Shown: piece by piece, positions 8,630-15,676 of the stretch
Position numbering within the stretch: position 1 is the first letter of the stretch
Layout of the letters: the number at the start of each line of letters is the position of its first letter
Assembly (NCBI GenBank): GCA_964342815.1
Contig: CAYFHS010000046.1
Coordinates: 1-25,757, forward strand
DNA: 25,757 nt
From: an uncultured archaeon
GTDB taxonomy: Archaea > Thermoplasmatota > Penumbrarchaeia > JASLWR01
Direction of reading: 5' to 3'
Translations under genes and position numbers: made by a program
Notes under the pieces: model-generated
Databases searched by the model: none
What the model saw: only the letters and a program-made list of their open reading frames with translations
What the model was told of the DNA's origin: nothing

Positions 8630-9529
8630 ATGAATGACAGTTTCGGAAGACCCGTTCACCACATTCGCATATCGATAAACGATGATTGCAACCTGAATTG
8701 TTTTTACTGTCATAGAGAGGGGCAGATCGACAGCACGAAAAAAATGTCTCCCGGGGAGATCGAAAAAATATTGATGGTAGCAAAAGAATTAGGCATATCA
8801 AGGGTGAAGTTCACCGGGGGGGAGCCTCTCATACGAAAGGACCTGCCCGACATTATAAGACGTGCAAGCAAGTATATGACGGATGTGTCTCTTACCACAA
8901 ACGGAACACTACTAGGGCCCATTGCCAAGATACTGCGAGATGCGGGTTTAAACCGGATAAATATTAGTCTCGATACCCTTGACGAGAACAGGTACATGAA
9001 GATCACTGGAAAAAAGCTTCTCGGGAGAGTGTTGGATGGGCTTTCCGCCGCGGTAAGCTCGGGTCTTCATCCCGTGAAGATCAATATAGTTGCTTTCTCC
9101 GACAGTACGACGGATGAATTAATGAAAATAGTCCGGGAAGCGTGGAGACGAGGAGGCATACCCCAGATAATCGAACAGGTAGACATGAATTCCGCCGGTT
9201 ACCCTGACATTAGTGAAGTTGAAAACCACATATCCTCTCTTGCAGTGTCAGAAAGAGAGCGGGATGTACAGAGCCGGAAAATATACACCTTGAAGGATAA
9301 TGAAAATAATCTTAAAGATGTGGAGATCGTTCGTCCCATGCACAATACTCTGTTCTGTTCAAAATGCTCCCGGATCAGGGTTACCTGCGACGGCTTTTTA
9401 AAGCCCTGTTTGATGCATAACGATGGTTTGGTTGACATATTGACCCCCATGAGGGAAGGAAAATCCACAGAAGAACTGACCAAGCTGTTTTACGAAGTGA
9501 TAATGAACCGTTATCCTTACTGGAGATGA
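8630..9529 (+). CDS. moaA: GTP 3',8-cyclase (radical SAM)
   Basis: RISINDDCNLNCFYCHREG (CxxxCxxC), KFTGGEPL, TTNG, NISLDTL, KIN and C-terminal CSKCSRIRVTCDGFLKPCL. Ends RYPYWR, lacking the bacterial terminal GG. Confidence 0.93.
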   Translation: MNDSFGRPVHHIRISINDDCNLNCFYCHREGQIDSTKKMSPGEIEKILMVAKELGISRVKFTGGEPLIRKDLPDIIRRASKYMTDVSLTTNGTLLGPIAKILRDAGLNRINISLDTLDENRYMKITGKKLLGRVLDGLSAAVSSGLHPVKINIVAFSDSTTDELMKIVREAWRRGGIPQIIEQVDMNSAGYPDISEVENHISSLAVSERERDVQSRKIYTLKDNENNLKDVEIVRPMHNTLFCSKCSRIRVTCDGFLKPCLMHNDGLVDILTPMREGKSTEELTKLFYEVIMNRYPYWR

Positions 9530-9533
9530 AAGT

Positions 9534-9968
9534 ATGGGAATGATCGATGTATCAGGAAAGGATGTCGTGCTGCGGACCGCTCTTGCCGAAGGAAAGCTCA
9601 CCTTAAGATCAACAACGATAAAGGAGATAAAAGAAGGCAATATTAGAAAGGGAGATGTTTTCACGGTAGCAGAGGTTGCTGCTCTCACAGCAGTGAAAAC
9701 TACCTTTATACGGATTCCCCACTGCCACCCGTTACCAATTGCCTCGGTGGAAGTGAAGTTCAGTATTGAGGAAACAACCGTCGTTTGTACGTGCTGGGTA
9801 AAATCCGAGTACAAGACCGGTGTGGAAATGGAGGCTCTTAGCGGTGTGAGCAGCGCCCTTCTCACCGTCTGGGACATGGTGAAATACCTTGAAAAGGACG
9901 CGGACGGACAGTATCCCGTCACCAAGATACATGGAATAAGAGTAATTGATAAACAGAAGGAAAAATAA
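9534..9968 (+). CDS. moaC: Cyclic pyranopterin monophosphate synthase
   Basis: MIDVSGK...RTALAEG, IPHCHP, TGVEMEAL, TVWDMVK. Confidence 0.93.
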   Translation: MGMIDVSGKDVVLRTALAEGKLTLRSTTIKEIKEGNIRKGDVFTVAEVAALTAVKTTFIRIPHCHPLPIASVEVKFSIEETTVVCTCWVKSEYKTGVEMEALSGVSSALLTVWDMVKYLEKDADGQYPVTKIHGIRVIDKQKEK

Positions 9969-10028
9969 TCTGCTTTAAACCGCAAATCCACTGAGAGATG
10001 ATACAAGCTGAATTTACGGGGTTTAGAA

Positions 10029-10823
10029 ATGAAAGATATCTATGATGCAATTCTTGAAACGAAAAAGAAAGGTCAAAAAGCGGCACTTGCAACCATAGTT
10101 TCGCAGAAAGGATCGACACCGGCACCTCTGGGATCGAAATTCCTGGTCAAAGAGGATGGAAGCACTGTTGGGACCATAGGGGGTGGATGCGTGGAGGCCG
10201 AGGTCTGGGAGGAATCCAAAAACGTTATTCGAGAGGGAAAGGCAAAGATGGCATCCTTTAAACTGACCGAGCAACGAGGTGAAGACGGAGTGATGGAGAT
10301 TGACGGATTGATCTGCGGCGGAACCATCGAGGTCTTTATCGAACCGATAATCAGTTATCCCACAGTTCATATATTCGGAGCGGGACACGTATCGCAGCCT
10401 CTTGCGCGGATGAGCAAGATGATAGGTTTTAGGGTAGTGGTTATAGATGATCGGGAAATGTATGCCAACCGCGAAAGATTTCCCGAAGCCGACGAGGTGG
10501 TGGTTTTAGATTATAATAATTATTTCGAAAAGTTCGTCCCGGACGACAGCTCCTACATAGTTATCGTTACCCGGGGCCATCGGCATGACGGAACGGTACT
10601 TGAGTGGGCTTGCCGCACGAAAGCACGATACGTTGGAATGATGGGGAGCAGGGCGAAGAAAAATATTATCTACACCGAACTGCGAAGCAAGGGCATTCCT
10701 GAGGAAGACTTGGGAAGGGTAAGTTCACCCATCGGTCTTGAGATTGGCTCGAAAACCCCGCAGGAAATTGCGGTCAGCATCCTGGCAGAGATGATACGCG
10801 TTAATAGAATTGGCACAAATTAG
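10029..10823 (+). CDS. xdhC: XdhC/CoxI family molybdoenzyme maturation factor
   Basis: GSTPAPLGSK, GTIGGGCVE, GLICGG, IFGAGHV, VIDDR, VTRGHRHD, YVGMMGSR, SPIGLEIGSKTPQEIAVSI. Confidence 0.88.
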   Translation: MKDIYDAILETKKKGQKAALATIVSQKGSTPAPLGSKFLVKEDGSTVGTIGGGCVEAEVWEESKNVIREGKAKMASFKLTEQRGEDGVMEIDGLICGGTIEVFIEPIISYPTVHIFGAGHVSQPLARMSKMIGFRVVVIDDREMYANRERFPEADEVVVLDYNNYFEKFVPDDSSYIVIVTRGHRHDGTVLEWACRTKARYVGMMGSRAKKNIIYTELRSKGIPEEDLGRVSSPIGLEIGSKTPQEIAVSILAEMIRVNRIGTN

Positions 10824-10836
10824 GAGAGTGACGAAT

Positions 10837-11340
10837 ATGGGTGCAAAGGGTCATAAAAAACACTCTTTACCGAACATTTCTTTCTCCCTTGTGACGGTAA
10901 GCGATACCCGGACAAAGGAGAATGACGAGAGTGGAAAGATCATCATTAAGCTCATCGAAAAGGCGGGTCACAGGGTAGTGGAATACGGTATAATAAAGGA
11001 TGATATGGAGATGATCACTGCCGAGGCGGAAAGGCTGCTGTCATCGGATAACGTTCAGGCAGTTATATTTACCGGTGGTACCGGTATCGCCAAGAGAGAC
11101 GTGACCGTGGAAGCACTGGAGCCGTTGATGGAGAGGAAACTGCCCGGATTCGGCGAGATATTCCGGGCATTGAGCATGGAGGAGATCGGCAGCGCCGCCA
11201 TGTTGAGCCGCGCTACGGCAGGTATTGCTAGCGGGAAAGTCATTTTTTGCATTCCCGGTTCAAGGGGAGCCGTGAAACTTGCCGTGGGGAAATTAATACT
11301 GGAAGAGTGCGGCCATATTTTATGGGAGATGAGACGTTGA
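10837..11340 (+). CDS. moaB: Molybdopterin adenylyltransferase (MoaB/Mog family)
   Basis: TVSDTR, TGGTGIAKRDVT, PGFGEIFR, SRATAG, IPGSRGAV. AGGAGAGTGA SD before the ATG at 10837. Confidence 0.9.
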   Translation: MGAKGHKKHSLPNISFSLVTVSDTRTKENDESGKIIIKLIEKAGHRVVEYGIIKDDMEMITAEAERLLSSDNVQAVIFTGGTGIAKRDVTVEALEPLMERKLPGFGEIFRALSMEEIGSAAMLSRATAGIASGKVIFCIPGSRGAVKLAVGKLILEECGHILWEMRR

Positions 11341-12548
11341 AAAAGATGAGACCGTTCAGGGAATTGATAGATTTCGAGACTGCGAAAAGGATTGTAATGG
11401 GTAATACGAGAGTAATAACAAAAAAGGAAACGGTAACATTGCGCGAGTCCGCAGGTAGGGTATTGGCTGTCTCGGTACAAGCAAAAATCGACGTTCCCGG
11501 ATTCAGGCGGGGCGCCATGGACGGTTATGCGGTGATTGCAGAGGACACTTTCGGTACTACTAGAACAGCACCGGGACATCTGCGTCTTTTAGGAAAGATA
11601 TTCGCTGGCATGAAGCCGGAGTTTCCGGTGGTGAAGGGAAGTTGCGCACAGATATCCACCGGAGCACCCATGCCCGAAGGTGCTGACGCAGTTGTGATGG
11701 TGGAGGAAACCTCACTTGATGGGGATATGGTCAGCATATACAAACCGGTATACCCGGGAGCCCACGTATCGAGAAAGGATTCGGACATAAGCAATGGAGC
11801 CGAAATATTGAGTGAAGGAACTCTGATAACTCCCCCCATTACAGGTGTTCTAGCAGCACTGGGGCAGGATACGGTGGAGGTTTATTCCCGTCCAAAAGTT
11901 ATTATTTTTCCAACCGGCGACGAGATAGTAGCTCAGGGAGATGAGCTGGATTACGGTAAAGTATATGACATAAATTCATTCACAATGGCCAATCTGCTGG
12001 GCGAGGCAGGCGCCGAGGTCGCTGTAAGCGAGATCACCGGGGATTCCATGGATGAACTCAATAACTGCATGGACCGGACCGCCGGTTACGATTACGCGCT
12101 GTTCTCGGGAGGCAGCAGCGTTGGGGAGCGGGACCTTCTGCATGAAGTTTTATCAGACAAGGGTGAACTGCTTTTCCACGGAATCGCTCTTAAACCGGGA
12201 AAACCCACTCTCTGCGGCCGCGTAGGCGAAACTCTTGTCTTCGGCATGCCCGGTTACCCTACATCGTGCCTGAGCAACGCATACGTTTTACTTCTTCCGT
12301 CAGTAAGAAAAATGGCCAGACTGCCATGGAAGGTGCATAAACAGGAAAAAATTCTCGCGGGAAGGGTGGTTTCCACCATAGGCCGACACCAGTTATTCAG
12401 CGTCAAGGTCGAGGGCGGCGTTGCGCACCCGGCGTTCAAGGAGTCAGGGGCAATAACCAGCATGAGCTTGGCTTCGGGTTACGTGGAGATACCGGCGAAC
12501 GTGGAATATGTAGAGGAAGGAAGCCGGGTTGTAGTGAATTTTTATTAG
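11337..12548 (+). CDS. moeA: Molybdopterin molybdo/tungsto-transferase
   Basis: AMDGYAV, ISTGAPMPEGADAVVMVEET, TGDE, SGGSSVG, KPGKP, GMPGYP. Start is the TTG at 11337 (TTGA overlap with moaB) or the ATG at 11346. No fused periplasmic-binding domain. Confidence 0.92.
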   Translation: MKKMRPFRELIDFETAKRIVMGNTRVITKKETVTLRESAGRVLAVSVQAKIDVPGFRRGAMDGYAVIAEDTFGTTRTAPGHLRLLGKIFAGMKPEFPVVKGSCAQISTGAPMPEGADAVVMVEETSLDGDMVSIYKPVYPGAHVSRKDSDISNGAEILSEGTLITPPITGVLAALGQDTVEVYSRPKVIIFPTGDEIVAQGDELDYGKVYDINSFTMANLLGEAGAEVAVSEITGDSMDELNNCMDRTAGYDYALFSGGSSVGERDLLHEVLSDKGELLFHGIALKPGKPTLCGRVGETLVFGMPGYPTSCLSNAYVLLLPSVRKMARLPWKVHKQEKILAGRVVSTIGRHQLFSVKVEGGVAHPAFKESGAITSMSLASGYVEIPANVEYVEEGSRVVVNFY

Positions 12549-12670
12549 GGATTCTTATGAGAAAAGAATAACATTGATTTGGGGTTCATGGAGTTCTTTA
12601 TTCGTGAGTCGTTTATATCATAAATCTTAAAATACACCGGTCATATTATCTCGTCCTCCGAGGAGTGAAA

Positions 12671-13633
12671 ATGGCAACAATAGACGAATTGCGCTCAGTG
12701 AATTTGGAGGAGTTGTTAAGCGAAGGGTGGAAAACTAGAAATGATAATTTCCCTTCTATTCTGACAGTTTCCGCCCCCGGTGCGAAAACCTACATATCCG
12801 ATCATCACCGGAACAAACGAAATTCGTTCGTGAATATCAGCGTAACTGGAAAAGCCTGCGCTCTCAATTGCGAACACTGTCAGAAGAATCTCTTGCAGTC
12901 CATGATACCGGTAACTAGCGGAGATGAGTTGAAGGCCCTTGGTGAGAGTCTCGTCGCCAAGAAATGTCAGGGAGTGCTAGTCAGCGGTGGGGCCACAGCC
13001 ACGGGGGAAGTACCGCTGGATAATTATTTCGACGCCATCCATCATCTCAAGGAACTGGGATTAAAGGTCTTGGTTCATACGGGTCTCGCCACCCGCGAGA
13101 CCGCGCGGAGATTAAAGCAAGCAGGTGCCGACCAGGCGCTTTTGGATGTCATCGGAGCCCGGGAGACAATCGAAAGGGTATATCACCTGGACCGGGAGCC
13201 ATGGGATTTTTTTGCAAGCATGGAAGCACTGACCGAAGCGGGTCTGGACGTTATCCCCCATATTATCGTAGGTCTCGATTTCGGCAGGATAGTGGGAGAA
13301 TATGAAGCTCTAGAGATGGTGACCCGTATAAAACCCAACACCATCGTCATAGTGGTGCTTTCACCCTTGTTGGACACTCCAATGGAAAATGTGGTACCGG
13401 CCAACGCAGAGGACGTGGGCAGGATCACTGCCATTGCGCGTATCGTCAATCCCAACGCTTATCTTACCATGGGATGTGCGAGACCTCCCGGAACTTCTAA
13501 AGAATTGATGGAAAGATACGCGGTCAGAGCGGGGATTACGGGAATCGCCTATCCCATTGATCCAACCATCGAATACGCAAAAGGTCAGGGCCTCGAAGTG
13601 ATATTCAAGGACACCTGCTGTTCTCTGCTATGA
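12671..13633 (+). CDS. Radical SAM protein, LipS1-like (COG1856, archaeal two-component lipoyl synthase subunit)
   Basis: ISVTGKACALNCEHC (CxxxCxxC), LVSGG, VHTG, PHIIVG, plus GCAR and a terminal CC (DTCCSLL), the motifs described for Thermococcus LipS1. GGAGTGA SD before the ATG at 12671. Confidence 0.75.
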   Translation: MATIDELRSVNLEELLSEGWKTRNDNFPSILTVSAPGAKTYISDHHRNKRNSFVNISVTGKACALNCEHCQKNLLQSMIPVTSGDELKALGESLVAKKCQGVLVSGGATATGEVPLDNYFDAIHHLKELGLKVLVHTGLATRETARRLKQAGADQALLDVIGARETIERVYHLDREPWDFFASMEALTEAGLDVIPHIIVGLDFGRIVGEYEALEMVTRIKPNTIVIVVLSPLLDTPMENVVPANAEDVGRITAIARIVNPNAYLTMGCARPPGTSKELMERYAVRAGITGIAYPIDPTIEYAKGQGLEVIFKDTCCSLL

Positions 13634-13684
13634 ATTCTATTATGTGGACGTTTTTTCAATCTATTCTCCCTATGTTTCTTCATT

Positions 13685-13847
13685 ACGAGGCCGGACGCAA
13701 TAAAGCCGGACCGGCCTCGTTTAAGATACCAACAAAAACAACAAGCAATGTGTTGGCGGGCCGCCAACACTGAGGGGCAACGCCCCTCACGAGAACTTTT
13801 TTTCTATTTTTTATCGGACCTGCGTGGGTCTTCACGACCGCAGGTCC
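13685..13847. repeat. Cluster of four GC-rich inverted repeats in the convergent intergenic region
   Basis: ACGAGGCCGG/CCGGCCTCGT (13685-13720); GTGTTGGCGG/CCGCCAACAC (13750-13770); TGAGGGGC/GCCCCTCA (13771-13789); GGACCTGC...GGTC/GACC-GCAGGTCC (13816-13847). Confidence 0.8.
13797..13812 (+). terminator. Oligo-T terminator-like tract downstream of the radical SAM gene
   Basis: T7-CTA-T6 immediately after the 13771-13789 hairpin. Confidence 0.45.
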
Positions 13848-13880
13848 TCTTTACATAATCGTGGGGCAAAACTCGATGTT

Positions 13881-14318
13881 TCATCGGGACTCCTTGAAGA
13901 CCATAATAAATTCTAACGGAAAAGAAACCGATTTCGTCAAGGTGCAGGTGTTCCTCGCCAGATCGAAACACTTGTCGAGCTTTTTTCTATTTCCCCTATT
14001 CGCCCACACTGTCAGTTTCATGGTAGCGCCGCTTATTCCCTCATCTCCGGTCTTTGAAGTAGTTGCCTTAACACCCACGGTGCAGTCCTCTATTTCCACG
14101 TGCGCACGGTAAACGGCCCAAACGAATGTTGAAAGAAGGCATGCCCCCATCCCAGAAATAAATACCTCCATGGGTGCGGGGGCCGTGTTGGTTCCAAAAT
14201 CAATTTTCGGCTTGTCCGTCCCGAGCTCGAAACCTCTAACTACGCTGCTGGTCTTCAACCCCCCCCTCCAGAACACCTTCGATCTGACCTTTATCTCTTT
14301 TTCCTTCGACATGGACAT
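13881..14318 (-). CDS. OsmC/Ohr/YhfA family protein
   Basis: DKP...GTNTAPAPMEVFISGMGACLLSTF, and a second Cys in ARNTCTLTKSV. Confidence 0.85.
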   Translation of the reverse strand: MSMSKEKEIKVRSKVFWRGGLKTSSVVRGFELGTDKPKIDFGTNTAPAPMEVFISGMGACLLSTFVWAVYRAHVEIEDCTVGVKATTSKTGDEGISGATMKLTVWANRGNRKKLDKCFDLARNTCTLTKSVSFPLEFIMVFKESR

Positions 14319-14385
14319 AGCTATTCTCTCGTATTATTTAAGAAAAACCGAATATTTTCCGGAATATTTCAAAAACATCAACGTG

Positions 14386-15561
14386 TCAGATGCACTTCAA
14401 AACTATTTCCGCCACGTCCTTTATCTGCAGCTTCCCTCCGAGCTCCCCCTTCATTTTCAGATTATCCCGTGCCATGGCGAACACGTTATTGCAGGTCGGG
14501 CAGGCAATGGCCATAAGCTCCGCCCCCTTTGACACAGCCTCACGAACCAGTTTTTCACCAATGGCAAAAGCCTGGGTCTCATCCAATGCCTCGAACAGAC
14601 CGCCTCCCCCGCAGCACAACCCATCCTCACGATTCCGCTCGAACTCGAGAAGCTCGACCCCCGGTAATGACCTTAATACTTCTCTGGGTGCTTCCATCAC
14701 ACCACCGATCCTCCCGAGCTCACAGGGGTCGTGATAGATAATCTTTTTGTTCAGCGGTTTTCTGAGATCCAGCCGCCCTTCCCCGATCAATAATCTTATG
14801 TATTCCGTGGTATGCATAACACTGAACGGGAGATTGCCTACTATTAGTGGATAATCCTTCTTGAAAGCCAGGTAGCAGCTGGAGCAGTTTGCCAAAAGTA
14901 TTTTCGCTCCTTTTTTCCTTACGTTTTCCACATTGGCAATGGCAGCACTCTTCATCCTTCCCCCGCTGCCGAGGAAATAGAGAAAACGACCGCAGCATTG
15001 ATCAGTGCGTCCGGGAAGGCTTGCTGCGACACCTCCGGCTTTCAATATTTTCATAATTGCGGTCTCAACCCTGAAAAAGTTATAGGCCGTCTGGCAGCCC
15101 GGATAAAATACCACATCCGCTTTATCCAATTCAGGAAAATCCTCCCTCACCCATTCATCTCTCTTTTCTCTTGGGTAGCCGTACGGGTTTCCACTGGCAG
15201 TTATGTTCCCTTCCATTTCAACCAGGTTCTCCGGAATTTTTATGGCAGCACCGGTGAGCAACCATTCACGGGCTCCTACCAGCTTTTCCAAGAAAGGAAC
15301 GTAATACGGGCAAACATGATCGCAGATACCGCAGGCCGTGCAGATAAATGCCTTTGGTATGGAATTCTCTTTGGTGCCGTGAATATCTTCCCCATGCTCA
15401 AGCGACAGAAGGTACCTTGATATCTCCTGCGGTGTTGCCGTATTGCCGCCCTCCAGGACTATTCCGGGCCTCACCGTACATTGAGAAGTGCATAAGCCGC
15501 AGCTCGAACATAATCTGAAATAGTCTCGATGCGGTAAGGGGGCCACATTGTCCATCGGCAT
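14386..15561 (-). CDS. HdrD/GlpC-like (Fe-S)-binding oxidoreductase: 2x[4Fe-4S] ferredoxin plus two CCG domains
   Basis: CSSCGLCTSQC and CTACGICDHVCP. CCG motifs C-x32-CC-x35-CxxC and C-x35-CC-x36-CxxC, both complete. Confidence 0.85.
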   Translation of the reverse strand: MPMDNVAPLPHRDYFRLCSSCGLCTSQCTVRPGIVLEGGNTATPQEISRYLLSLEHGEDIHGTKENSIPKAFICTACGICDHVCPYYVPFLEKLVGAREWLLTGAAIKIPENLVEMEGNITASGNPYGYPREKRDEWVREDFPELDKADVVFYPGCQTAYNFFRVETAIMKILKAGGVAASLPGRTDQCCGRFLYFLGSGGRMKSAAIANVENVRKKGAKILLANCSSCYLAFKKDYPLIVGNLPFSVMHTTEYIRLLIGEGRLDLRKPLNKKIIYHDPCELGRIGGVMEAPREVLRSLPGVELLEFERNREDGLCCGGGGLFEALDETQAFAIGEKLVREAVSKGAELMAIACPTCNNVFAMARDNLKMKGELGGKLQIKDVAEIVLKCI

Positions 15562-15676
15562 AATTACACCCGGATCTCAGGAGATTCCAGTTGTATAATT
15601 CGTTACTCTTTTATTTCAAATCTATGGTCGTTTCTTTCCCGGTGGAAGGTCCCCCGAATCATTCCCGTGCGTTCAT

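Noticed and set aside
8591-8630. TAG (pyrrolysine) read-through fusing wtpC to the in-frame moaA
   Set aside because: An in-frame TAA occurs 8 codons after the TAG. The other TAG stops checked (DUF1786, moeA, gltB, cytochrome) also give no meaningful extension.
9398-11839. Long antisense ORFs (e.g. 9398-10006, 11055-11579, 11525-11839) and similar shadows throughout the window
   Set aside because: They lie opposite or out of frame to genes with strong family motifs and show no motifs of their own.
13685-13720. Resemblance of the hairpin to group II intron domain 5
   Set aside because: It lacks the GNRA loop, the AC bulge geometry and a following domain 6, and there is no RT remnant.
13585-13770. 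61-aa minus-strand ORF across the hairpin region
   Set aside because: No SD or recognisable motif; it overlaps the radical SAM 3' end and is explained by the palindromic DNA.
13851-13883. Selenocysteine read-through of the OsmC TGA stop, with downstream hairpins as a SECIS
   Set aside because: Read-through adds only NIEFCPTIM before a TAA, both catalytic positions are already Cys, and none of the hairpins has the archaeal GAA/A SECIS bulge on either strand.
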